DNA of 58,699 bases, counting the filler, from Sphacelaria rigidula (taxonomy: Eukaryota), in assembly GCA_964200075.2 (NCBI GenBank). It is 9 parts of 9 records of this genome, joined end to end, with 100 filler letters (N's around TTAATTAATTAA, not from the genome) between each part and the next. Parts side by side here need not be neighbours in the genome. Positions count along the whole stretch, not along the records: positions 1 to 6,434 come from CAXNAA020020091.1; positions 6,535 to 12,968 come from CAXNAA020020092.1; 7 more parts are not named here. One strand, written 5' to 3'. The notes beneath the pieces were generated by a model. That model saw nothing but the letters and a program-made list of their open reading frames with translations. It made no database searches and was not told where the DNA came from. Both the position numbers and the translations under genes were made by a program. Below, piece by piece: positions 1 through 11,405 of this stretch; the first letter of the stretch is position 1, and each line of letters starts with the position of its first letter.

Positions 1-144
1 ATTGGCGACATTGGCTAGAATGAACCCAAGCGTGGGAATTCCCAGCTTCTCGTTGTGCTAGGCTTTTTCCATTTCGATTTATATGAAGATTTTGCCTCCC
101 AAAACCATGCGCTTTTTTGGGGGGGGGCTATCGTAGAAAGTGTC
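1..144 (-). mobile_element. Fragment of the Ty3/gypsy family seen in contig 3
   Basis: Aligns by eye, with scattered substitutions, to 15784-15927 (pre-protease region of the contig 3 gypsy element); similarity ends abruptly after ...GTAGAAAGTGTC. Confidence 0.8.
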
Positions 145-1975
145 CTCTTGCTTACAGTTCATGATTACTTTGCTTTTCCTCCATTAACACTACACTGTTG
201 CACCGGTGTCTTCTATCCCTGTGTGCCTCGTTTTGCTACAGTACTTTGAAAACAGCGCCTTCAAGGCTACACATGAACATCAGATGAGCCTACACTAAAA
301 CTACGCTCCTCCCCCCGCCCCTGCTGCTTTTGCTGTTCGATTTTGCTTGTCCCGAACGCACCGGCGCAATGTTGGGACCCATTCGTGATCGTCGTTACCG
401 CATCACACCATGTCAGTGATCAGGGGCTTCTCCCCTTGTTTGTTTTCCTGTTCCTGTTTACCTCTTCTGTTATTTTTAATATAATTAGCCATCTCTCTCG
501 CTACAATACTGTTCTTATTTGCGGCCTTTTCTATACTTTTCCCTCTCTGCCGCTTGCCCTCCTCATTATTTTTTTTCTATTAGCCATCACTTGCCTACTC
601 CGCCACCGTTCTAATTTTGCGACTTTCTCCACACGTTTATTTCCTCTCCCGCTGGTATTTTTCTTGCTGTTATTTCTATTCTCTTTCGCTATCACACTGT
701 TTTATACTAGTGATCCCTTTCCCTCATCGTCTGGATTTAGCAGTCGTAGCCCACGATGCATTACTTGCGTCGTTTTTTCCTTTCACTGACTCAGTTATTG
801 TTTCTTTTTTTCCTTTTGCTCCCCTGTCTGCCGTATGGTACCCCTTGATTTTCTGCCCTCTTTCTCCCCTCTTTCTACATTTTCAGTTATATTCTCTCTA
901 CTCCCCGTGGTAATTTTACTGTGAAGCCATCTTCGCTTTTTTTTTTTGCTACTTTCATGTTGCAAGCGTATAGCCCGCCCACCCATAGCGTTTTTTGGCG
1001 AATATTTTGCGAGAGCTATTGCGTGATGCACGAAGTACACCCCAGGTACATCTGTCTTGAGCAACCTGCGATGGCAAACTTCAGGGACGACCACTAGGCA
1101 CAACGAAAGCCAACTCAGGGGTAACGGGTGAGATCGGGCATCGACAGCGACTCCACCAATCGCAGCTAATGGAGATTTTGCTAGACATCGAAGAAGGTGG
1201 TGTAACTATATATCGGTAAGGTTGTAGCGTAAGTCCAACAGGTGGGACGGTAATCTAAACCTTTGCGCGACAGGCGTTTCTCCGCTTCCATCTGCTCAGA
1301 GTAAGGTTCCCCCGACGCGCGTAGTTGGATCCGTAATCACACCCCTGCCTCTGACCTCCCGACTGACGGGTCCGTAACATACTCGTGAGAGTAATCAAGG
1401 TCGACCCAAACACATGTGGAGTAGATCCTCGTCATACCTCCCTCCCCGGGCAGCACGTCCTAACAGTGTCGCTCGACCCACCCGCCTCCAAGGTAAGCGT
1501 ATCAGACAAATATGAAATAGGTGGGTGAATCAGAGAAACGGGAGCTGGTAGACGTCCTGCTGGGCTTTCTGGACACTGAGCTGTTCTCCACGGACCCGAG
1601 GCAGTTTCTGGTCACCATCAACGATGAGCTAGAACTACCCCTTGTTTAAGCGTACTGTACTCAATTCGCAGCAAATCATCACGTTGTTTTGCCGAGTAGC
1701 GTCACGTAGCTCCTCAAGTGGTAGATCCGAGCCCGCTCGCACAACACCGATCAAGATTCCGTAACAGGTGTAAATACTGGTCATCCCGCACAGTCAGCGA
1801 ACGAACGAAGGTAGTCGAAGTGCTCTCCGCTGGGGGGGAGACGCCTAGTTCATCCGCAGACCTCCAACTGGACATAGTGGCGAATAATCGTGCTTTGCAG
1901 ACCCTTACTAACGCACCCAATCTGATCGCCAGCAAGAGACCCTTTGCGAGAACAGGCACAATCGGACCTGAGGGG

Positions 1976-2650
1976 GGGCGTACTCATTTATTGCTTGCCT
2001 TAGTCGTTTGACCATTGACCATGCAGCCCTTTCGAGACGGAGCACCGCTCCTACTCCTAATAAAACTTTCTCGACTTCTCTACCCCACCTTATGTCATGC
2101 CTTTTCGTACTTTTCTTCCATACAGCCTTATCAACTATAGCTGGCAGTTTCCTTCTCTGCATGTTCTTCAAGCTATGTTGCCATCTCAATTCCCTCATGT
2201 CTCTGTTTTGAGTGAGTACATTCCCAGCTCTTTTAACTTCTTCACCAACTTCACGTTCCCCTCCCATACTTCTCCTGCATATTTCAGCTTTGGCACGATC
2301 ACATTCATCAAGATACATCTCTTGATCCTAGTGTCTAGGTGCGACTCTCTGAGGATCACGTCCATCCTTCCTATCTGTGCCTTATCCTTTTCTATTATTA
2401 TTTTTATGTGTGCATCCCAAGAACACTGTTTCGAGATCTCTACGCCAAGGTATGTATACTGGTCTACAATCGGCAGTTCCCCTCCTCCCCACTTCCACTT
2501 GAACTCTACTGGATTTTTCTTATCTTCTTTACAGATGAGTACCGCGCATTTGTTGACATTCGCGGTCACTCTCCATTTCCTAGTGTATTCTAGCGCCTTG
2601 TCCATCTGTTGTTGCAATCTTTCTGCTATTCCTGAAATCCCCACAAAATC
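1976..2650 (-). mobile_element. 5'-truncated, internally deleted non-LTR retrotransposon (LINE): RT C-terminus plus 3' end, with target-site duplication
   Basis: ORF 2195-2776 reads DDFVGI...WRVTANVNKCAVL...YTYLGVEIS...YAGEVW (LINE RT motifs from the catalytic DD onward). Flanked by the direct repeat ATCGGACCTGAGGGG at 1961-1975 and 2651-2665. The 3' end matches 25969-26035. Confidence 0.85.
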
Positions 2651-3348
2651 ATCGGACCTGAGGGGAAAACGACTGCCGAAACGGTAGGTGAGAGGTGATA
2701 TGAGTGCAAAATAGAAGCGATAACTGGGAGTCGATGATGAGGAGCTGCCGGCAGTTCCAAAAATAATGACCGCCAACCTGTCGGCACTCGTTCACATATT
2801 TCATGAAAAATTAGCAGTAGGCGCCACCCTATCCACGATGCGTGACCGACCACTTTCGTCAACGAGTACGAAAGATATCACGCAAGATGTGCTGCCATGT
2901 AGTTGCAGGAGGCCCAAGAGATCAAGCCGTCGTCAAACGACCATGAGGTAGGGGCGTGCGGTAGACCCATGGGACGAGGTGATCAACTTGCCAACGATTA
3001 AGGTAATGTTGCACTCACATACATACATCTGCCGGGCAGTTGACCTTGCTTCCTGATCCCCATTTGATTTTCCACAGCCATCAAAATATGTCAACGGGGT
3101 GATCCGTGCCTCTACGGAATGTGCCTAACCTCCGATGCCCCTCAAAAGATTCGCTGAACAGAGGCGAAGAGTTTAGCGTGAAGGTAATCACCCATTTGGG
3201 CAGGTGACTGAAAGAGTGCATCGCTTTCCGAAGCGTCATATCTCCCACGCGGTCAGGACGCAGTCGTAAGACCAGGAGAATCGCTACTCGATATGTTGTC
3301 GAAGCTTTGCAAGTCAAGACGTCACGTGGGGTGAGCACGTCCCATTGG

Positions 3349-3579
3349 CTCTTTGAACCAAGCGCGCATTTCTTGACACGCTGCTTCCCTCCCCGAGCTG
3401 CCGTGTCGACGCAAAACCACGCATATATTTAAGCTGACTTGCACCTATCTCACAAGGACGTCTCATTGACTCTTCGAACCAAGCGCACATTGCTTGACAT
3501 GCTGCTTCCCTCCCCGAGTGCCGTGTCGACGCAAAACCACGCATATATCTATAACTGACTTGCACATATCTCACAAGAA
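3349..3579. repeat. Diverged tandem duplication, about 121-bp period, 2 copies
   Basis: CTCTTTGAACCAAGCGCGCATT...CTCACAAG at 3349 is repeated as CTCTTCGAACCAAGCGCACATT...CTCACAAG at 3470. Confidence 0.85.
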
Positions 3580-6434
3580 GCAGAATTGAGTATAGGACTG
3601 GACCCTTTGGTAGAACAGCGCGAACAGCCCCTATGCGAGGTAAGACTATTAATGGATCCGGAGAGAGAAATCTCAACGGGTCGGGATGGCAACGGCAGGA
3701 AACTGCAGCACGAGTACAAGGTACATGGAAAGTTGACAAGGATCGATGACGGCACGCGGTCCGAAGGTGGTGGTGCAAGGACACAAAATACGTACGCGCA
3801 AGATAGCCCGCCATAGGTTGAACCGCATCTCGTTACCCGCCTAACCTGAGATACCCAATCGCAGACCGGTCCGCCTAGTTTGCCTGAACACTAGACTTCA
3901 AGGCGAAGCCAACCTTTAACCCAAAACCCGACCTCCTTACCCTGAAAGACGGTCGCGAGTCTTAATCCAGAAAAAATCAGGTCGAAAAAAGCGAGGAAAG
4001 GCTCAGGATGGAGAAATGTCGGAGGGGCTACCAGGAAGCGGAATCCTGAAAATCCCCACACTTGTACAGGCGGACGGGTTCCACGCCCCTTGGCACCTGC
4101 ACCACCCAGCCAAGGCATCAAGTGTGCCATCCTGCCCGAGCACGCCATGTCCCTCTGTCGCGCAGTGATGCTCTGAACTTGTTCCCCACAGGTTTCGTAT
4201 TCTGAGAGGAATTTGACGGAGCTGAGCAAAAAGGACAAGTGTTCGACGACGGCAAACGCTTCGGGAGAGTGATAAGACGACGAAGACTGCGTGGAGTCTT
4301 CGAGTGAAGAGCTCCAGCAAATGGCCCAGACGAGCGAGTCTATGGCATTGAGCGAACGAAGCAGAGAAAAGCAATAATATTGTACGAAGGAGAGAGTAGG
4401 AGACCGTTTTGTGCTGCATTACAGGAGCGAGAAGCGGTTTGTATTTTCTTTTTTTGATAGTGATGAGCAGTAGTTCAGTACTGTTTTTTTTTTGTCATTG
4501 CAACAGCTGTTCAGTTTTTCTTTTTTTTTTCTACCCTCGTCGGGTCTATTTTCATTCGTGTTTTCCCGTCGATCATGAACTCGGTTATATATCTGGTCAT
4601 CGTTTCCGGCTTTATTGCCACGCCTTATAACGATTGATCTTGACTCAGTTCCGGGGGCATGGTCCGCCTTCTTGATTTTTTTCGCCCCGTTTGTTTCGGA
4701 CGAGAACTTTCCCCTTAGGCCCTCATATTTTTTCTCTGTTCGGTTTTGTGGTCTGGATTCCATTTGTTTTTTTTTTCCTCTTCCGTTTCGGCTTCTCTTA
4801 CTTTTGTAGGACCTGATCCTTTCTCTCATGTCAGTCCTTGTTTATTTTTCATTTGTTTTTTTGTTTCATGAATTGTGTTTTTTCGTATTTTGGACCTGTT
4901 ATGTCCTTTTTGGTTTTCCTTCATGTTTCGGATCTCTTTTTCCTGTCCTCTGTTTTTTTTGTGGGTCTGGTTTGTTCCTCCGGCACTATTTTTCGGGGGG
5001 GGGTTTCCTTTCCACGTTTTCGCGGAATCGATCTTGCCCCGATCCTTGTTTTTTTCCCCCCGGTCTTGCATTCCATGGAGATTATGTATTTCTTGGTTTT
5101 GTCAGACCTGATCGCACCCTTTGCTTCAGGTACCTGGTCCGCTCATCACGTTTCTTCATCCTCGGAGAATGTTGATCCGACTTTTAAGGTGCCTCGCCCC
5201 TTTCGAGTAGAGAAATTCATGTCGTTGAGTCAGCATTGTACAAAAAGGGTGCGGACCGAGTACCCGCCTGGGCACTGTACCATGACGGAACTGTTAATCT
5301 GAGATGTAGGGGTCCCCCGGTGTCCAGTAGGTCAGTTGCTGCTGGTGGGCGAGAGAAAAGCCTACCCACTCCCATCAACCAGTAAGAGCTTTCTTTCTTT
5401 CTTCTTAGCGGGTCAGCTCTTTTTGCGAGTCCTACACTACCCAGGATTGGTGTAACCAATCAGGGGTATCTAAGCGCCGTTACCATCGGAAAATAGTCGC
5501 CGGCTATTCTCGGTGGTTTCTGTTCCCAGTGTAACTGGGATCCCGGGACGACATAGCACATGCGAAAGCACTCGCTATGATCTGAAAGGGCATGAGAGAT
5601 TTCCCCCCCAAACGATGAGGCTGTCCCCCCCCTGAATAACAGCTTTTCCCCATATCTTTTATTTTTCAACGAGTTTTTCCCGCGGTTATCTCTAGCCCGA
5701 AATTCTGTGGTTTTCTCGTCTTTGACGTGATATTAGGCTGATAGCATAGAAACTTGAGTGAATCACCCCCGGAGTGAATTGAGCTGTGTCTTTCCTCGTC
5801 TTGCATGGGCAGCGTGCACAAAGCAAGGGAGGGGGATGTTACGGCAGATATCGGTTGTAAATATAGTAGGCGTTTCGACGCACGCATGGCATGTGCAATA
5901 GGTCGTATTCCATTCGCATATTAGTGTTATTGCTAGTTTGATGTGTTGCCTACCCAGTCTGTCACAACTTTCCAGCACTTAGCAACTTCGGTTCTAGCTA
6001 ACCAGTAGCCAAGCCTGATAACAAAAGATATTAGCCACACTTGGAGACATCCCGCTTGCAAGCAAGTCAAGATCACATCTCTTCACGTGAAAGTGAGTCC
6101 CTGTTTGGCCTTATGATGCAGTGCTGGTCAGACTCAAGGGTCTATGAGCCACGAACTGCATTCGACTGTCTGTAACCGTCCTCTCAAGTCGGCCGATTAC
6201 ACATTGCAACTCCCTGCTAAAGAGTGACGCCCTTATCACCTCGTGGCCAGACCACAACGGTACTGCCCATACTGTCTGTACCGGTGGTGCAAGTACCGCG
6301 GTTAGAGGTGGTGCCAGTGCTGTGCGTACCACCCGGTATTCGACCTACTACTCTGTACCGTGCCCCCTCACCTCTAGACTCTTGGGTTGGCGTCGAGTGG
6401 CAACGGCGCTGTAAAACAAGCCTCCAATACCTAT

Positions 6435-6534
6435 NNNNNNNNNNNNNNNNNNNNNNNNNNNNNNNNNNNNNNNNNNNNTTAATTAATTAANNNNNNNNNN
6501 NNNNNNNNNNNNNNNNNNNNNNNNNNNNNNNNNN
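6435..6534. other. Artificial contig-joining spacer (44N-TTAATTAATTAA-44N); also at 12969-13068, 19503-19602, 26036-26135, 32569-32668, 39102-39201, 45635-45734 and 52168-52267
   Basis: Identical 100-nt spacer eight times, with stops in all six frames; the contigs between them are 6434, 6433 and 6432 bp in descending order. Confidence 0.99.
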
Positions 6535-9500
6535 CCCTAACTAACTCCATACCTAATACATTCTTTGGATCCCAAATAGGAGGAGTAGTAGTGCATAATT
6601 CTCGAAACTTTACCACAGTAGCTTCCAACATTGCTTTATTGTTCCCCGTCATTATAAAGTCATCCACGAAGTCATATATTATAATCAGTGACTCATCATC
6701 TAAATCTCTTAGAATATAAAGCTTAGGACTCATGCGAAGAGGCTTAAATCTCATCGATCTCAGTCGCTCATCCACTTCAGTTCCATAATCTCTAGGTGAT
6801 GTCTTTAATCCATATAATGCCTTCAATATTTCATAGTATCTCTCTACACCTTTTAGTTTTGCATATACTACCTTCTCTCCTTTATAAGTTGCATTCAGGA
6901 ATGCTCTTACCTCATCAATATGTACCAGTGACCACTTAAATTTCGCCACCAAGTGCAATATAACCCATAATTCTTCTCTACTAGGCGTAGCTGAGTAGGT
7001 TGCTGTAGCTCCATAATGTGTTCTACCATCACCTACCAATCTGACTTTCTTTACTAACACACCTTCTTTCTCTTTTTCTTCGTATACTGGGAATAGTACC
7101 ACTAAGTCTGCACCATTCTTGATAGCATTCCGTGCCATTTCCGTATCAACTTGTAACATGGTCTTTGCTTCGGTCAAGGTATTCCATTCCTTCCTAGCAG
7201 GTTCCCCCCATTCACTATGTTTTAATGCTTCATCGTAATTCTTGGGTATATTTCTTGTCACTGCCCTGTAACTGTCTTCATACTGTACTTCAGGTCTTAC
7301 TAAATCCTCCATAGATACAGTGTAAAACGCATTTTCCGTTACCGAATAGTAATATTCATCTTTCTTAACTGTACTCCAGTCAGCAAAACATGCATCAAAT
7401 AACTGTTTTGATGTGTTTATGTCCTTCTTTTCTATAAATACATAATTTGCCGCCTCACTTCTTCTCATGTAGCGCTCCTCTCTGGTTCCCCAGCTGCTTC
7501 TATCAATCATTTTTCTTTGTTTTGTACGTGGTTTCTTCTTCTTTCTCACCCCTGAGCCCACATTTGGCTCACGTACTGTCGTTTCTTCTGGTATAGCCCC
7601 ACCAGTTACCACCTGATGTCGGGCTCCCTCTATTATATTGGATGTATTATCACCCCTCAACTCTGAGCCCCTATCGGTAGACTCAGATGTTGATGTAACA
7701 TCCAAATTTGCTCTTGTATTTTCATTTCGGTCCTCACTTAATACACCTTGATTATCTGAACTATGCGAAACTTGTACCGGTAATGGAGTAAGTGTACTAG
7801 GAAAAATACGTTGATCAGACGTTACTTCCGTTCCTTCTTCCTCTGTTACCTCCTCTTCTAATAATTTACGTAATCCTCGTTGCACTTGTGGGTATAAATT
7901 CATTGAACCACCATCAGTAACACACTTATACTTAGATGTCGTAACAATATTCAATCTTTTGTTTGTTAATACTGCTACTCTTATGCCACCTGTTACCAGT
8001 GAATCTGGCCCAACATATAAACCATACTGGAAAAACCTCCGATTTGCCCCATCCAGTGCAGCAGCATTTGGTTCTTCTCTCAGTACCATAAGTACAGAAA
8101 ATATAGGTAGCAGGCGTATTTCTTGAATATTAGGCTTTTTTCCAGTAAACATCTCATATCGAGTAATACCCTTAACAGTGGGACACTCTTTTAAGTTAAT
8201 GACCGTTATAGCCCAGTAAAATAACTCACCCCATAGCTGTAAAATCTGCTGGGTACTAAAACCCAAATACTTCAGGTTGGGATTCCGTAAGATATATTGT
8301 ACCGCCATTCTTATTTTTTCTTTGATAACGCCAATAATGCGCTCTACATGTGGAGTACCATTCGCATGGTTATATGGTTCAGCTCCACTAAATTTTATTT
8401 GTTTACTCAATAAATATGCGATAACTTCAGGTGTACTAACACGAAATTTCCCTTCATGAATAATACCTCTATCAGCTGCCATCTCGCCAATCTTATATCC
8501 TGCTGTATCGTATGTATTTACTGTTTCTTTTACCCACGTGACGGCATTCGCCATACTCTTTATTAGACGACCATGGACAAAACCAGAATAAACATCATAT
8601 GTAACATTTGCTGCTATAGCACCACCGTGAGTTGGAAGTTTCCTAGCCCTTTTCCGAGAAAGTACAGAAGTAGGGTTAACTGTAGCAACTTCGTCAGTGG
8701 TATCGCCCTCATTAAAATCGCTTTCCATGTTATCTATCTCCACTAGTTCTCCACATCTCGTAAACTTACGAGGCTCAGTCATATAACCTTTTACATTTCC
8801 CATCTTATTGGGATGAGCTAAGTGTACTACATCGGGTGTCCTACCCCACTTAGACTCAAAATTGGACAAAACTGCCGTCTTCAACTCTGGATGGAAACCC
8901 GTTATGCTTCCCTCCGAGATGGCGGCTTGTAAATCCCTTAAACTTAAACCTGTCAGCATATATAATAATACTAATTCTTCTTTGGTGGACACATTCACCT
9001 TAGTATTAAAATAATTACTCGCTGCATGAGCTTCTTCATCATTCTCTTTTATTACCTCATATGTACGATTTCTTACACGTAACCTCTTGAAAACAGTAAA
9101 GTCGCGAATAAATTCACGTAACTTCTGCTGTTCTTCATCCGACAGTTTCAAAACCACTCCATCCAAGTGAAATAGAATTGCTGCGCCGTTTTCAACGTAA
9201 TCATTTCCGCATAATAGTGCCAAATCATTTGGCATACTTGATACAAAATATTCCGTCATACCATCAAAATTTACTCCCACTTGATCCACATAACTCCGAG
9301 CATCATTAAATCCTCTTATAACAATATTATGATCTACATCAACTGCATTAATTCGTCCCGATGCCCCTGACATAGACTTGCTAGCCGCTGTATCAAACTT
9401 TTCCGTCACATTTAAATCATTTTCTGCCATACTGCATTCTTCTTCTTCAACACGCGTAACATCATCCCAGTTAATACTATAGGCAGCAAGAGCTACTGGA

Positions 9501-9718
9501 TTCATCTTACCAGACTTACAACCTACATCCACCACGATATCTTTCATGTAATCACTTACAAAACTACTTTCATCCTGCTCACACTCCAAACAACATTCTG
9601 TACAATTCATTGCTGCAAAAGCCGTTTCAGAGTCCATTTTTATATTTTTATTATTTACACATACACCACAAGTTTGTTCACCAGACAATTTCTTATCCAG
9701 TATAACATTAGTTTTCAT
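6535..9718 (-). CDS. pol: Pol of the copia element, part 1: protease, integrase, RT (continues across the circular junction)
   Basis: Protease FDTAASKSMS; integrase core VEIDN / AADRG / PHVERIIG; GKGY-like region YGLYVG; RT motifs PKNYDEAL, KVRLVGDG, HIDEVRAFL, LKALYGLKTSPR, FVDD. Confidence 0.95.
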
Positions 9719-9724
9719 AATTTG

Positions 9725-11389
9725 TCAGCCATTCGTAGGATTTTGTTCCTTTCTATAGGTATCTGTATGTTGCATACAATTTGCCCCTGTATGGCCATAC
9801 AAACCACAAACTTTACACTGCCCACAATAGCACTTGGGGCGATGTGGTTCCACTTTTCCGCCTGATGGTTTTCCACAACAAATTGTACACCCTACTAATG
9901 TGGCACTGTATGGATATTCAAATCCCGTGTTCACGTCTTTAATTTTGTAACCTTGATCCCTATCAATTAACGTGTTGTATTGAATGTCCACCGCATGTGC
10001 TGTCTCAACATTTCCACGTCTACCTGGAAAAGTGCCAGATAATGCCTGCGAATTGGAATTTCCGGTGTTTTGAGTATTCGACGCTTTCAGACGAGAACTA
10101 TTCTCAGAAAGCCGAATATATTCACACAAATGTCTGTAAATAGGAAGTTTATTTACCGTATTTGTTGAAATCACAGACTGGTCATCATATAATTCTCCTC
10201 TTTGTTTCTTGGAAATATATTCACCCACAATCATTACGCATTTTTGTTGAAAATCCGACGAAGGCATAGACATCAGTAAAACATTTACAAAGAAAATATC
10301 TTCATCCATGTAGTTCCAGTAATTCATGGATTGCCAAATATCATACCACTTATCGGTCAGTTGAATGGCCTTGGTAGGGGTTCTCATCAACTCATCTTTA
10401 TTAATACTTATACGTAAAGTATCTTGTAAATCTTTATTAAATTGAACCAGATTCGCAGTAAAATACTCCGATTTTAGGATTTGATACATCCCTGCTAGGT
10501 TTGCCTTTTCCAAAGGATTAGCAATGCACTCTCCAGTAGATTCTAAAAGAACCGTACACGACAACTTTTGTTTAACTTTCTCATACGTAGATGCTATTGC
10601 TTTAGTCTTATTCGCCATTAAATTAATAACAGATTGCAGACCTTCTAAGATTGTTTGCATAATAACCAACCTATCCATTATTTTGGTGAGTTTATCCTTG
10701 GAAATTTTTGCGTTTAAAGCATTTTCTCTGGCGGTTTCAAATGCTTCATGCTGTTCCACAAACTTTTGGTCATAATATGCTTCAAGAGCTCTGGTTTTAT
10801 CTAGTACCTCCTTTTCTTCGTCTGCAGTTTCTGTCTCACTATCTTTTTCTACATCAGACAGTCTATCCGCATCAGTTTTTAATTTCGCATTTTTTCTAGT
10901 TTTAATGCCTTTATCTAAATCTTTTGCTTTCGCTCTATTTTCCTTCCACTTTCTTAACTCCACAGATACAACTCTGGAGTAGTATTCAGAATTCGGTTCA
11001 CGAGGTTGGTGTTCAATTATTTGTTCCCTGGCGCTCACTTCTGATTGCAATTTTACTAATTCCGACGTCCGTTTCGAAATTAATTTTTCAATTGAAAAAT
11101 TTGTGGTAACCAATAACAGCAATTCTTCTCCCCAACCATATTTAAACATTTGATAGATATTTTTATACAGTTTTCTACCGAATACAGCTTCACTTGTATT
11201 CGTTTGTTCCTTTAAATCTATTGATTTAATATTTTCAACGAGCATCCGCACTCGATCCTTTACTAATTCCTTATTGAGGCCATCTCCTACACCACGTAGT
11301 TTAGATTCAACCTCTAAAAATTTGTCATTCTCTTCAAAACCATACATCGGTTCTGGACTTAAATAAACACTATCTTCATCTTGATTCAT
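9725..11389 (-). CDS. gag: Gag of the copia element, 554 aa, with a C-terminal CCHC zinc knuckle
   Basis: Uninterrupted ORF upstream of pol. CKVCGLYGHTGANC is CX2CX4HX4C, preceded by a second Cys/His cluster CTICC...HRPKC. Confidence 0.9.
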   Translation of the reverse strand: MNQDEDSVYLSPEPMYGFEENDKFLEVESKLRGVGDGLNKELVKDRVRMLVENIKSIDLKEQTNTSEAVFGRKLYKNIYQMFKYGWGEELLLLVTTNFSIEKLISKRTSELVKLQSEVSAREQIIEHQPREPNSEYYSRVVSVELRKWKENRAKAKDLDKGIKTRKNAKLKTDADRLSDVEKDSETETADEEKEVLDKTRALEAYYDQKFVEQHEAFETARENALNAKISKDKLTKIMDRLVIMQTILEGLQSVINLMANKTKAIASTYEKVKQKLSCTVLLESTGECIANPLEKANLAGMYQILKSEYFTANLVQFNKDLQDTLRISINKDELMRTPTKAIQLTDKWYDIWQSMNYWNYMDEDIFFVNVLLMSMPSSDFQQKCVMIVGEYISKKQRGELYDDQSVISTNTVNKLPIYRHLCEYIRLSENSSRLKASNTQNTGNSNSQALSGTFPGRRGNVETAHAVDIQYNTLIDRDQGYKIKDVNTGFEYPYSATLVGCTICCGKPSGGKVEPHRPKCYCGQCKVCGLYGHTGANCMQHTDTYRKEQNPTNG

Positions 11390-11390
11390 G

Positions 11391-11405
11391 ACTTTTAATC
11401 AGTAA
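11391..11405 (-). promoter_or_regulatory. Candidate self-priming primer-binding site, complementary to 11491-11505
   Basis: Minus-strand TTACTGATTAAAAGT is the exact reverse complement of ACTTTTAATCAGTAA 100 nt upstream; it abuts the LTR-terminal CA and has no TGG tRNA signature. Confidence 0.7.

Noticed and set aside
343..1103. Hydrophobic or Lys-rich ORFs here and at 4400-5300 and 56400-58200
   Set aside because: Products of T-rich strand-biased low-complexity DNA; no domains or splice structure.
2700..3880. Possible very old CRE/R2-like RT remnant (GREAACQAM.AWF, LDLQSFDNIS)
   Set aside because: Motif resemblance is too weak and fragmented to support by eye.
6435..6534. Regularly spaced TTAATTAATTAA motif every 6.53 kb as a biological repeat; ORFs ending in X...LIN
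   Set aside because: Artificial concatenation linker; adjacency between contigs carries no biological meaning.
6535..6600. 66-bp terminal direct repeat as an LTR, or its CCCTAA start as a telomere
   Set aside because: It lies inside the RT coding frame and is an assembly overlap; CCCTAA occurs once and is part of the Val-Arg codons.
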